A DNA stretch of 45,719 bases. Source: Bacteroidota bacterium. GTDB lineage: Bacteria > Bacteroidota > Ignavibacteria > UBA10030 > UBA8401. The notes under the pieces are model-generated. The model ran no database searches. It was given only the letters and a program-made list of their open reading frames with translations, and was not told the DNA's origin. Of this stretch, positions 26,207 through 35,291 are shown in pieces. Both the position numbers and the translations under genes were made by a program. The first letter of the stretch is position 1. Every line of letters starts with the position of its first letter. The stretch covers positions 1-45,719 of the forward strand of contig JAGWND010000002.1 in NCBI GenBank assembly GCA_028873075.1. The letters are read 5' to 3'.

Positions 26207-28753
26207 ATGATAAAGAAGCTCGATCTCAACGGTGAGTGGCAGTTCAAGGCGATCAACACTTACAGCACCCTTCCCGCTGAAAAGCTGGACGCACAGCAGT
26301 GGATGGACGCAGAAGTTCCGGGCACAGTTCACACGGACTTGTTAGCAGCGAAGAAAATTCCCGATCCGTTTTATCGCCTGAACGAAAACGATGTGCAGTG
26401 GATTGATTCCCAGCGGTGGTTGTATCGCCGCGGCTTTGTTATTCCCTCCGGTCTTTTGAAGGAAAAGAAAATCGTTCTGGTCGCCGAAGGGTTAGATACG
26501 TACGCAAAGATTTCCGTCAATGGGAAATTTGTCGCAAACACGGCAAATATGTTCGTTGAGCATCGCTTCGACATCAAGCGATTTCTTAAAGCAGGAAAGA
26601 ATCGTATTGAAATTCTTTTTGATTCGCCGACAGTTCGTTCCAAATCAATCGAAAAGAAATTCGGACCGCTGAAAGTTGCCAACGATCCGCATCGCGTGTA
26701 TGTGCGGAAAGCGCAGTATTCGTTTAGTTGGGATTGGGGCCCGCGGCTGACAACATCAGGAATCTGGCGGAACATTTTTATCGAGGCGTATTCTCATCCG
26801 CGTCTGCGCCATCCGTTTGCGAAAATTGTATCGCTGTCGAAATCTGCGGCGGTCGTTGATATCTCCGTTGATATTGAGCCGTCATCTCCGCGCTTTCTCA
26901 CACTCCGCTCGTTTGTTGCAAATAGCGTTTCTTCGCTTGAACGCACTGTTCAGGTAAAGGGAAGCCATGCGCACGTGAGAATGAAAATTCCTAACCCGCA
27001 GTTATGGTGGCCCAACGGCTACGGCGGTCAGCCGATGTACAATGCTATTCTTACTTTGTTTCACGAAAGCGATGTGATGGACGAGATCGAATTTTCGTTC
27101 GCGCTTCGCACGGTGCGCTTGGTGCAGGAAAAGGACGAAGAAGGGAAATCGTTCGTTTTTGAAATCAACGGAAAGAAAATTTTCTGCAAAGGCGCCGACT
27201 GGATTCCAAGCGACAGCTTCATTCCGCGCATTGCAGATTCAACCTATGAACGTTTGCTCACGCTTGCCAAAGATGCGCACATGAATATTCTCCGCGTGTG
27301 GGGGGGAGGCACGTACGAGCAAGAAATATTTTATGAACTCTGCAACCGGCTCGGATTGATGGTGTGGCAGGATTTCATGTATGCGTGCGGTGAATATCCG
27401 CAGCAGCAATGGTTTCTGAATGAAGCGAACATCGAAGCAGAAAAAGTTGTGAAACGTCTTCGTAATCATCCGAGCATCATTCTGTGGTGTGGGAACAATG
27501 AATGCGAATGGCTCTTTTGTATGGAAAATCCCGGCAAATCGCCGGATGACATGACCGGCACAAAAATCTTTCGCGATCTCCTTCCGTCAGTGTGCCGGAA
27601 GTTTGACGGCACGCGCCCCTACTGGCGAAGCTCGCCGTTCGGGACCGGATTTCCGAACGATGAATCGAATGGCAATCATCATCAATGGCGGATATGGAGC
27701 GCGTGGAAAGATTATCGCCATTATGAAAATGATCATGCACGCTTCGTGGCGGAATTTGGTTTTCAGGCTCCGGCAAACCGAAGAACATTTGAAGAAGTTT
27801 CCCGCGCTGAAGATCGGAAACCGCAGAGTCTGTTCATGGAGCATCATAACAAGCAGATCGAAGGGCAGGAGCGCTTGTTCCGTTTTCAATCGGCACATTT
27901 CACGCTCGGTTCGGATTTCGACAGATTTATTTACCAGGGGCAGTTGGTGCAGGCAGAGGCGCTGAAAACTGCAATCGAGCATTGGCGAAGGAGAAAATTC
28001 AAAACTGCCGGCGCATTGTTCTGGCAGTTGAACGATTGCTGGCCCGTGAGCAGTTGGGCAGTTGTTGACAGCGCGCTGAGACCGAAAGCGGCGTACTATT
28101 TTGCGCGAAAATTTAATGCACCCGTACTTGTCAGTTTCAAACGATTGGAAAAGAGTGTAGAAGCGTGGCTATCGAACGATACGTTTGAACGGTGTGAAGG
28201 AGCGCTGACGATTTCGCTCCGTTCGTTCAGCGGGGAAATATTGTGGAGGAAAAAAGTTCCGGCGGCTGTCGCAGCCAACAGCTCGCATTGTTTTGCGGCG
28301 ATACCGTACGAAAAGCTGCCGAAGGGTGACCGCACCGTCCAATATCTTCACGTGAATTTTTCTATTGGCGGCACGTGCGTTTCTGAAAACAGATTGTTCT
28401 TTGTCGAACCAAAATTTCTGCACCCCGCTAAACCGAACATCGGCATGACCGTTCGCGCGGTCAAAGATTCGTTATTCCCGCATGTTTTCAGCGGAACTCT
28501 GTTTTTAGAGCGCTCAAAAGCAATGGATTCCCGTCCTCACGGAAATGACACCGAACAGTTGCCTTTATTTTTGATCTCATTACAAAGCAGCACGTTTGTG
28601 AAAAATCTCCGGCTTGAAATAGAAGGCGAGGATACGGAATTTGGCGACAACTATTTTGATCTTGATGCGGGCGAGACGAAAACGGTGCAGGTCGTTTCGA
28701 AACTTTCTGAAACTGAATTGAGAAAGAGGCTTCGGTTGCGATGGGTTTGGTGA
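26207..28753 (+). CDS. GH2 family beta-mannosidase
   Basis: The N-terminus LDLNGEWQFKA...VPGTVHTDLLAAKKIPDPFYRLNE is characteristic of beta-mannosidases. A GH2 TIM-barrel region follows (NILRVWGGGTYE...WQDFMYAC...NHPSIILWCGNNE...FWQLNDCWPVSSWAVVD). ATG 26207 is preferred over the TTG at 26201. Confidence 0.9.
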   Translation: MIKKLDLNGEWQFKAINTYSTLPAEKLDAQQWMDAEVPGTVHTDLLAAKKIPDPFYRLNENDVQWIDSQRWLYRRGFVIPSGLLKEKKIVLVAEGLDTYAKISVNGKFVANTANMFVEHRFDIKRFLKAGKNRIEILFDSPTVRSKSIEKKFGPLKVANDPHRVYVRKAQYSFSWDWGPRLTTSGIWRNIFIEAYSHPRLRHPFAKIVSLSKSAAVVDISVDIEPSSPRFLTLRSFVANSVSSLERTVQVKGSHAHVRMKIPNPQLWWPNGYGGQPMYNAILTLFHESDVMDEIEFSFALRTVRLVQEKDEEGKSFVFEINGKKIFCKGADWIPSDSFIPRIADSTYERLLTLAKDAHMNILRVWGGGTYEQEIFYELCNRLGLMVWQDFMYACGEYPQQQWFLNEANIEAEKVVKRLRNHPSIILWCGNNECEWLFCMENPGKSPDDMTGTKIFRDLLPSVCRKFDGTRPYWRSSPFGTGFPNDESNGNHHQWRIWSAWKDYRHYENDHARFVAEFGFQAPANRRTFEEVSRAEDRKPQSLFMEHHNKQIEGQERLFRFQSAHFTLGSDFDRFIYQGQLVQAEALKTAIEHWRRRKFKTAGALFWQLNDCWPVSSWAVVDSALRPKAAYYFARKFNAPVLVSFKRLEKSVEAWLSNDTFERCEGALTISLRSFSGEILWRKKVPAAVAANSSHCFAAIPYEKLPKGDRTVQYLHVNFSIGGTCVSENRLFFVEPKFLHPAKPNIGMTVRAVKDSLFPHVFSGTLFLERSKAMDSRPHGNDTEQLPLFLISLQSSTFVKNLRLEIEGEDTEFGDNYFDLDAGETKTVQVVSKLSETELRKRLRLRWVW

Positions 28754-28791
28754 AAACTGAGGGCAGAGTAAAATGAAATCAAGTCTTGAAT

Positions 28792-29022
28792 CTATTTCAT
28801 TCCTTCTATAAACTGTTCCCTTGTTATTCCCAGGTCTTTCTTGATAATTTTGTTGAGTAATCCCGGTCCAATTTCTTCGCCCGAATGAACCGGAATTGTT
28901 GTATGCCTTCCGTCTGGATGCCTCTAAATCAAGTGGCTGCCCCGCGTATGAATATGCACAAATCCGAACTTCTCAACAATTTTTGCTGACTCCTTACCGC
29001 TTATTCTTGGCAGGGGCGGCAT
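28792..29022 (-). pseudogene. hicA: hicA-family mRNA-interferase toxin interrupted by an in-frame TAG
   Basis: The ATG at 29022 lies 2 nt after the hicB stop. Translation gives MPPLPRISGKESAKIVEKFGFVHIHTRGSHLI*RHPDGRHTTIPVHSGEEIGPGLLNKIIKKDLGITREQFIEGMK. This is full-length HicA/YcfA-like (GSH..., TIPVH) except for the TAG at 28924-28926 (codon 33). Neither half is in the ORF track because each is shorter than 60 aa. Confidence 0.75.
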
Positions 29023-29024
29023 GG

Positions 29025-29234
29025 CTACATTTCAATTTGTTGCATCCCGATAAACTCCGTTGCAACCTCAACAGGCTCTTCAATTTCTAAGTAAGCTGCG
29101 ATTGCCTCTTTCGTTCTAGCGATCAATGCATCCATAGTTCGTGCCTGTGTATGGCAGCCTTGAAGCTCTACCACTTCAGAGACAAGCCAGCCCTCTTCAT
29201 CTTTTTCGATGATTGCTGTGAATTTTCTTGCCAT
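29025..29234 (-). CDS. hicB: HicB-family antitoxin (UPF0150-type N-terminal domain only)
   Basis: 69 aa: FTAIIEKDEEGWLVSEVVELQGCHTQARTMDALIARTKEAIAAYLE, which is typical of HicB. An AAGGAG SD is present. It is tightly coupled to hicA. Confidence 0.8.
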   Translation of the reverse strand: MARKFTAIIEKDEEGWLVSEVVELQGCHTQARTMDALIARTKEAIAAYLEIEEPVEVATEFIGMQQIEM

Positions 29235-29287
29235 AGACCTATCTCCTTTTTTTCAATCTACCAAAGCTCAGTATAAAAAGCAAAAAC

Positions 29288-30349
29288 TCATGAAAGGTAT
29301 TTCTTTAACTCTTCTTTCCTAATTTTCCCTCCAAGCACAACACTGTCTGCTCCGGCATACGGGAAATACAGTTCGCTATTGTAGAAATACGCGCCGCAGA
29401 TAAAAACCACGTTGTTCACGCCTAATTCGGCGTCTCCTTTTGTTTCCGCCGGAGAAGAAGGTCGGAGGAGCGGTTCGTTTCGCTTCACAATAAATTCCGG
29501 TGTTGAAGGATCGCCGACAGCAATGGCAAGATCGTATTCCCGTGTCCGGTCTGCTTTACGGTTGCCGATGTGGTAGATGATGAGGTAACGTCCGTCGGAC
29601 AAAAGCAGCGGCGGTGCACCGCCGCCGATCCATGTGTCAATAAATTCTTCGTTCGGGATCGGTTTCATCAGTACTCCGCGCGTTTTCCATTGTCCGAAAA
29701 TATCATCGCTCTCTGCCCAGTGGATGCACAATGCGTCGTTCCCTTCCATCGGACGGTGAAGCATGACGTGCTTGCCGTTGATTTTTCCCTGAAACAGCAT
29801 TGCATTCTTATTATCAATCGTGTTGAAGCTGCCGTTGAGCAACCCATGTTTTTCCCAATGCACGAAATCTGTGCTCGATGCAACGGCGATCCGAATTGTA
29901 TTCTGCGGTTGTCCTGTGCCGTATGCCGTGTACGTCATGATATATTTGTCGCCGGTTTTCGTGATGCGGGCGTCCTCAACGCCTAAATTTTCGTACGGAA
30001 GCTCCGGACGAATCACCGGTTCGTTATGCCGCGCAAGAAATTCGAGTTCAGGTGAAAGAACGGCAAGCCCGATGGAGGAATGGGTGTAATCGTTCGCTTC
30101 GTTTTTTTCTCCCTGCGCGCGGTACAAAAGAAAACAGAGCGCCGGAAAAGTATTCAGGCGTTGTTTTGTGTTGTTGTCGAACGGCAAACCGGCGACGATT
30201 CGGCGGAGTTCATTCTTTTCCTCTACGAGTGCACACGCCGGATTGAATGTCACCTTGTTCTCCCACTGGTGCGCCTGAATCTTTTCAAGAAGCGGTTCGC
30301 CGTTGTTTAAGCGTTCAACAGAAGTGGCAAAGCTGGAAGGGTTGTTCAT
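29288..30349 (-). CDS. GH130 family beta-mannoside phosphorylase/hydrolase
   Basis: 353 aa with no signal peptide. Five-bladed-propeller GH130/DUF377 pattern (FNPACALVEEKN...GVEDARITKTGDKYIMTYTAYG...IAVASSTDFVHWEKHG...NKNAMLF..KINGKHVMLHRP...IHWAESDD). I cannot decide between phosphorylase and hydrolase by eye. Confidence 0.8.
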   Translation of the reverse strand: MNNPSSFATSVERLNNGEPLLEKIQAHQWENKVTFNPACALVEEKNELRRIVAGLPFDNNTKQRLNTFPALCFLLYRAQGEKNEANDYTHSSIGLAVLSPELEFLARHNEPVIRPELPYENLGVEDARITKTGDKYIMTYTAYGTGQPQNTIRIAVASSTDFVHWEKHGLLNGSFNTIDNKNAMLFQGKINGKHVMLHRPMEGNDALCIHWAESDDIFGQWKTRGVLMKPIPNEEFIDTWIGGGAPPLLLSDGRYLIIYHIGNRKADRTREYDLAIAVGDPSTPEFIVKRNEPLLRPSSPAETKGDAELGVNNVVFICGAYFYNSELYFPYAGADSVVLGGKIRKEELKKYLS

Positions 30350-30419
30350 TGCAAAATATTACCACGACGTCACAAAAGGGAAAATCGCTGCTCCCGACTT
30401 TGCCGGGACTCGAACCTTG

Positions 30420-30492
30420 CTGCCCCGCTAGGGTTCGAACCTAGACTTTTCTGATCCAGAGTCAGACGTGTTGCCAATTACACCACGGGGCA
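30420..30492 (-). tRNA. tRNA-Gln (anticodon CUG)
   Basis: A manual cloverleaf fold works. Acceptor UGCCCCG/CGGGGCA with U1-A72. D-stem GUGU/ACAC. Anticodon stem UCUGA/UCAGA with loop CU-CUG-GA. T-arm CUAGG-UUCGAAC-CCUAG. Discriminator G. CCA is not encoded. Confidence 0.9.
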
Positions 30493-30551
30493 AAAAATCT
30501 GATACAAATATACGAAAGAGTTTAATCGCAGGCAACATGCCGCGTGTTTTG

Positions 30552-30680
30552 GTAGTGTTACAGTTTGATAAGTTTGGATCAAAAACGAATGTCATGCCAG
30601 CGAAAGCTGGCATCCAGTGCTCAATTTTCTGGATTCCGGCTTTCGCCGGAATGACACAGATGCGAAACTGTAACACTACT
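30552..30680 (+). mobile_element. MITE-like element, copy 1 (129 bp)
   Basis: Perfect 15-nt terminal inverted repeat GTAGTGTTACAGTTT...AAACTGTAACACTAC. It is flanked by the direct 9-mer CGTGTTTTG (30543-30551 and 30681-30689). The core holds hairpins ATGCCAGC-GAAA-GCTGGCAT (30594-30613) and ATTCCGGC-TTTC-GCCGGAAT (30633-30652). Confidence 0.85.
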
Positions 30681-30809
30681 CGTGTTTTGCCTCTGATCTC
30701 GAATCCGTCCTCTACGAAATTGACGATGAAGATTTGGAATGAATAATACGATGCCGGATTGCTGATCCGGCATCGTATGTTTGTGTTCAGTTTCAAACGG
30801 AACAGAGCG

Positions 30810-31610
30810 TTACTTGTGCGCCAGCATGATCGTGTCGAGATTCGTTGTTACTCCCGCGGTCACGCTGACGTTTGAAATTGTCGTGTCATCGTACGAAGTG
30901 TCGTTCGATGCAATTGAGACGTTGTACGTTTCCGGATTCAGGTAAGCTAACTTGAATCTTCCTGTAGTGTCGGTGGATGTCGTTACTGTATCAACTTGTC
31001 CGTTTGCCCGCACAGAAGCGCGTGTGAACGCCGGTAACACCACCCCGATAATCGTACCGGTTGTTGCTGTGGCGACGGCTCGAATAACAGGCTTCAGAAT
31101 ATATGTCGGATTGGAAGGATTGCCTGTTGTTACTATTGATCTATTCGCGTCGAAGTCAATCGTCAGAATGTAGGTAACGTCCGGCTGAATTGTCGCATCA
31201 ACATTCAGTTTCACACCGCTCTGGCTCCCGCTCGGCGTCGTCAGCGATTTTGTCACACCGTTCACAACAACGTTGCTGCCGCTGCCGATATACAGACGAA
31301 TCTGTGAATACTTTCCGACGGGCAGCGTTGCATTCCCGATAACGGCGTTTGCGCCGTTCACAAGCTTCAGCAAGTCGTACGTAGCCGGAGTTTTGTTGAT
31401 CGTTGTCCAGCCGCTCGTACTGTCGCTCGTCGAAATGTGAGCCTGCACGCTGTCAATGACAATGTTGACCTGATCATAGCTTGCCGGGGAGTCAATCATG
31501 CTCACCTGAAGCGTTCCGGTTCCGCTTTGAGGTGCCGTCGTATTCGTTTTGGAACATCCTATGAATGCAAGAGTAAGGGAAATAACGAGAATAGATTCCC
31601 GCAGCTTCAT
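30810..31610 (-). CDS. DUF4382-domain lipoprotein with a C-terminal CarboxypepD_reg-like domain
   Basis: Lipobox LAFIGCS. DUF4382-like pattern (LQVSMIDSPASYDQVNIVIDSVQ...ATYDLLKLVNG...LPVGKYSQIRLYIG...VKLNVDATI...LTIDFDANRSIV). The sequence then continues GTIIGVVLP...TDTTGRFKLAYLNPETYNVSI. Confidence 0.7.
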   Translation of the reverse strand: MKLRESILVISLTLAFIGCSKTNTTAPQSGTGTLQVSMIDSPASYDQVNIVIDSVQAHISTSDSTSGWTTINKTPATYDLLKLVNGANAVIGNATLPVGKYSQIRLYIGSGSNVVVNGVTKSLTTPSGSQSGVKLNVDATIQPDVTYILTIDFDANRSIVTTGNPSNPTYILKPVIRAVATATTGTIIGVVLPAFTRASVRANGQVDTVTTSTDTTGRFKLAYLNPETYNVSIASNDTSYDDTTISNVSVTAGVTTNLDTIMLAHK

Positions 31611-31889
31611 ACATCCTCCTTCTTACTTATTATTATATTTTGATTACTTATATAATAAACAACCTTCCCCAAGGTACAGCGATGACTACCGTCACATTAG
31701 TGAAGGCTTCTTTGTTATTGCAACAATCCGGTGCAGGAGTGAATGTCTACAAATGCGATGCGAGAAGCAAGGAGGATACGTGTAGGAGTTTTTTCAATAT
31801 CACAGTCGGGCCGTTTGCTGAGGCGGGGAAAATTTCCCCGGCGTTTAGCTTGCAGCACTGGCGCGGCTGGCAGCGGCAGTCGTATCGCT

Positions 31890-33494
31890 TTAATGCCCCA
31901 TGCCTGTTACCGGCTCTTTGCTTTCTTTCGTGAATGACAGTGCTGCAAAAAGAAGGGCTAACGCCACATACGCAAGCGTGAACTGGTAGGGGATTTGCCG
32001 CACCGCCTCCGGCAGCAACCACGGCAGATACATTGCACCGTCCGGCATTGCCGAATGAATGATGCCGAAGAACGTGAGCACTGCAAGCACTAACAGGTAG
32101 ACTGACGAAATTCTCAGCCGCCTGTCAATCAGTTCCGCGAGAAATGCCGCCCACAGCATTCCCGTAACGATGAACCCGTTTCCTAACGCGACTGTGATTT
32201 GCATTTCCGGCAGCGCTTTACCCGGCACGGTGAGCAGCTTGTTGAAAATTTCCGGCGGCACGGCATCGGGATTGCCCAACTTGATTGTAAGTAGACGGAA
32301 GATCGTCGGGAAAAAAGCGAATGCGACCGCAGGTGCGTGACGGGCAGGAACGGCATGGAACGACTGCATGATGATGTCGAACGCGACGAAGATGAGGATC
32401 GGCGCGAGCACGGCACGTGGTATGAATTCGACGATGAAAGAAACGTAGCCTAACATCCCGCCGAGACCGACAAAAATTCCGGTGAGAAGCGTGTAGCCGG
32501 CGCGCGAGCCCATGGTCTTGTATGCAGGCTGGCCGATGTACGGCGTTGACTGAGCGACGCCGCCGCACAATCCCGCAATGAGCGTCGCCATTGCTTCCGT
32601 AAGAAGGATGTCGCGTGTGTTAAAATCGTCCCCTGCAACGCGCGCACTTTCCGTGACATTGATTCCGCCGACCACCGTGAGAATGCCGAACGGAATTGCG
32701 AGCGGCAGATACTTGAGCGCCGGCATGACGCCTTTAATGAAGTCGAGCGTCGGAACGGGAAATCCGAAATGAAGATCGAGGGGCGGCGCGCCTGAATATG
32801 TTCCGCCTCCAAGTCCGATGGGACCGACCATATAGTAGAGCGCAGTGCCGATTGCAACAGAGGCGAAGACGCCCGGAATCTTTCCGGGAAGACGAATGCC
32901 CGCAACGAGCGTGTAGAAGATCATACCGAGCGCGACCAATCCGACCAGCGGCATGCCGAAGATGTCAATCAACGGCGTCATGCCGATTAACCCCAACCCG
33001 ATTCCCGCGAGCGAGCCGAGCAGACCGGCCTGAGGAACGATCTTTTGCACCCATCGCCCGAGGAAGGAAAAGATCAGTTTGATGACCCCCATGAACATCA
33101 TCGTTGCCATGCCGATGTACCATGTCATCATCGCGGCGTCCCGCTCCGAATAGCCTTCCGATTTCAATCCGATGAACGCCGGACCGAGCACGACAAGCGC
33201 GAGCCCGATCGTTGACGGCGTGTCGAGTCCGAGCGGCATAGCGGTTACACCGGAGTTGCCGCTCTTCTTGGCAAGACGAAACGCCATCCAGGTGTAGATG
33301 AGGTCGCCGAAAAGAACGCCGAATGCCGTTCCCGGAAACATCCGCGTGTACACGATGTCGGCCGGATATTTGAACACAAAGATCAGTATGCCGGCAAGAA
33401 ACGAGAGAACGGTGAGGTTATCGAACATCAATCCGAAGAATCCGTTCCAGTCTCCGATGACGAACCATTTGTATCGTTGTTGTGTATTCTGCAT
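31890..33494 (-). CDS. Putative nucleobase permease (NCS2 / xanthine-uracil-vitamin C permease superfamily)
   Basis: Polytopic membrane protein with about 13 hydrophobic segments. The family call is tentative and partly contextual, since nupC is adjacent. ATG 33494 has a GGAGA SD 6 nt upstream and is preferred over the ORF-track start at 33539. Confidence 0.5.
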   Translation of the reverse strand: MQNTQQRYKWFVIGDWNGFFGLMFDNLTVLSFLAGILIFVFKYPADIVYTRMFPGTAFGVLFGDLIYTWMAFRLAKKSGNSGVTAMPLGLDTPSTIGLALVVLGPAFIGLKSEGYSERDAAMMTWYIGMATMMFMGVIKLIFSFLGRWVQKIVPQAGLLGSLAGIGLGLIGMTPLIDIFGMPLVGLVALGMIFYTLVAGIRLPGKIPGVFASVAIGTALYYMVGPIGLGGGTYSGAPPLDLHFGFPVPTLDFIKGVMPALKYLPLAIPFGILTVVGGINVTESARVAGDDFNTRDILLTEAMATLIAGLCGGVAQSTPYIGQPAYKTMGSRAGYTLLTGIFVGLGGMLGYVSFIVEFIPRAVLAPILIFVAFDIIMQSFHAVPARHAPAVAFAFFPTIFRLLTIKLGNPDAVPPEIFNKLLTVPGKALPEMQITVALGNGFIVTGMLWAAFLAELIDRRLRISSVYLLVLAVLTFFGIIHSAMPDGAMYLPWLLPEAVRQIPYQFTLAYVALALLFAALSFTKESKEPVTGMGH

Positions 33495-33582
33495 CAGCGG
33501 TCTCCGAAATAGGTTTTGTGCCTTATAGGGAGGAATCATTTTGTGGACTGCATATAAAGAATATCTTGTCCCTGTAGAATCA

Positions 33583-33711
33583 GTAGTATTTCAGTTTGAC
33601 GGGGTTAAATCAAAAACGAATGTCATGCCAGCGAAAGCTGGCATCCAGTGCTCAAATTTCTGGATTCCGGCTTTCGCCGGAATGACGCAGGAGCGAAACC
33701 GAGACACTACC
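33583..33711 (+). mobile_element. MITE-like element, copy 2 (129 bp)
   Basis: Ends GTAGTATTTCAGTTT...AAACCGAGACACTAC. It is flanked by the direct 9-mer GTAGAATCA (33574-33582 and 33712-33720). It matches copy 3 at 127 of 129 positions. Confidence 0.85.
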
Positions 33712-33748
33712 GTAGAATCACTTCGATTGCAGGTGATCTCATTTTTTC

Positions 33749-35068
33749 TCAGCTCGTGAACATGCCTGCAATAGAAGCGGTCATCCACGTGGCGATCGTG
33801 CCGCCGAGCACCGCCCGAAGTCCGAGCCGCGCAATATCGCCGCGCCGGTTCTCTGCAAGCGGGCTCAGCCCGCCGATCTGAATTGCGATGGACGAAAAGT
33901 TCGCGAAGCCGCAGAGCGCATAGGTGGCAATAACAATAGATTTCGTCGAAAGCTGTCCTGTTGCGACGACATCGGACATTCTCATATATCCCACGAACTC
34001 GTTGACGACGAGCTTGATGCCCATGAGACTGCCGACGTTCATTGCGTCATGCCACGGCACGCCGATAGCGAAGGCGATAAATTGAAAGATAAGTCCGAAG
34101 AGGAGTTCAAGCGAAAGCGGAGTATGGAACCGGGCGATCAGGAAGCTGTTCAGTCCGGTGACAGTGCCGAGCCAGCCGAGCAGTGCATTGAGGAGCGCGA
34201 TGATTGCAATGAATGCGATGAGCATTCCGGCAATATTGATGGCAAGGCGAACGCCGTCTCCAGCTCCCCCTGCTGCCGCTTCAATCACGCCGGAATATTG
34301 TTTTTCGATCTTCACGCGCACGGTTCCCATCGTAAGCGGCTCTCCCTGTTCGGGAATCAGTATTTTCGCCACGACGAATGTGGCAGGGAACGCCATAATT
34401 GATGCCGCGAGAAGATGTCCTGCAAAGAAAACCTGCGACTGAGCAAGGGGAATTCCCTGTGCCTTCGCAAACGCGAAGCCGAGCATCTGCATGTACGCCG
34501 CCATCACGCCGCCGGCAATGTGCGCCATCCCGCTCACCATGATAGTGAACAGTTCCGATTCTGTGAGCGAAGAAAGATAGGGACGCACGACAAGCGGCGC
34601 TTCCGTTTGACCGACGAACGTGCTTGTTGCAACGCTCAGCGTTTCCGCGCCGCTCGTTTTCATGAAGCGCATCATCAGCCACGCCATTCCCTGCACGATG
34701 CGCTGCATGATGCCGAGATAATAGAGCGTGGTGGTAAACGACGCGAAGAAAATGACAGTCGGAAGGACCTGAAACGCAAAGAAGGTGCCGAGGCTTCCTT
34801 CGCCGCTCCCTTTGGCGAGATTTCCGAAAACGAACTGCGCTCCATTTCCTGCAAAATTGAAAAGCGCCACGAACAGCGCACTGATCCAGCTGAATACCTC
34901 GCGCCCGACGCTCACTTTCAGCACGAGAAAGGCAAAGAGAAATTGCAGCAAAATGCCGGTGCCGACAAGCTTCCAACTGATCGCTTTTTTGCTGGTGGAG
35001 AAAAGGAAGGCAAAAGATGTAACGATGACGAGTCCGATGATCCCCCGAACGATTGAAACAAAATCCAT
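33749..35068 (-). CDS. nupC: NupC/CNT-family concentrative nucleoside transporter
   Basis: Conserved CNT motifs are present (VNEFVGYMRM; TYALCGFANFSSIAIQIGGLSPLA). The N-terminal region is GREVFSWIS...FVFGNL. An AAGGAG SD is present. Confidence 0.85.
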   Translation of the reverse strand: MDFVSIVRGIIGLVIVTSFAFLFSTSKKAISWKLVGTGILLQFLFAFLVLKVSVGREVFSWISALFVALFNFAGNGAQFVFGNLAKGSGEGSLGTFFAFQVLPTVIFFASFTTTLYYLGIMQRIVQGMAWLMMRFMKTSGAETLSVATSTFVGQTEAPLVVRPYLSSLTESELFTIMVSGMAHIAGGVMAAYMQMLGFAFAKAQGIPLAQSQVFFAGHLLAASIMAFPATFVVAKILIPEQGEPLTMGTVRVKIEKQYSGVIEAAAGGAGDGVRLAINIAGMLIAFIAIIALLNALLGWLGTVTGLNSFLIARFHTPLSLELLFGLIFQFIAFAIGVPWHDAMNVGSLMGIKLVVNEFVGYMRMSDVVATGQLSTKSIVIATYALCGFANFSSIAIQIGGLSPLAENRRGDIARLGLRAVLGGTIATWMTASIAGMFTS

Positions 35069-35162
35069 ATCGCTCCTTGCTTAGTGGCTGACGTGCATGT
35101 TTGTAAAAAGTGTGTTTAATGTACTTATCTTTGCAACATCAATCAAGGAGGCGGGAATCTGA

Positions 35163-35291
35163 GTAGTATTTCAGTTTGACGGGGTTAAATCAAAAACGGA
35201 TGTCATGCCAGCGAAAGCTGGCATCCAGTGCTCAAATTTCTGGATTCCGGCTTTCGCCGGAATGACGCAGGAGCGAAACTGAGACACTACC
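35163..35291 (+). mobile_element. MITE-like element, copy 3 (129 bp)
   Basis: Ends GTAGTATTTCAGTTT...AAACTGAGACACTAC. It is flanked by GGAATCTGA (35154-35162) and GGAATCTGC (35292-35300), an 8/9 match. It lies about 95 nt upstream of the nupC start. Confidence 0.85.

Noticed and set aside
28896-29090. 64-aa + strand ORF across the hicA/hicB junction.
   Set aside because: The opposite strand encodes clear HicB and HicA-like sequences with an SD and tight coupling. The + frame product has no features.
30381-30419. tRNA-like fragment GGTTCGAGTCCCGG immediately 3' of tRNA-Gln. It could be an att-site remnant of an integrated element.
   Set aside because: Only the T-loop consensus is present. 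The flanking bases give 3 of 5 T-stem pairs and there is no acceptor arm. No integrase or second direct repeat is visible in the window. It may simply be a weak 5-bp hairpin (TCCCG/CGGGA) that terminates the tRNA.
30428-30796. ORFs 30428..30796 (-) and 30468..30746 (+) containing ...IPAKAGIQ.../...IPAFAGMT... peptides. There are similar ORFs at 33541..33759, 33591..33788 and 35232..35441.
   Set aside because: They are translations across the MITE hairpins, and the first also crosses tRNA-Gln. The same peptide strings recur only because the DNA repeat recurs. None has an SD or an independent coding signal.
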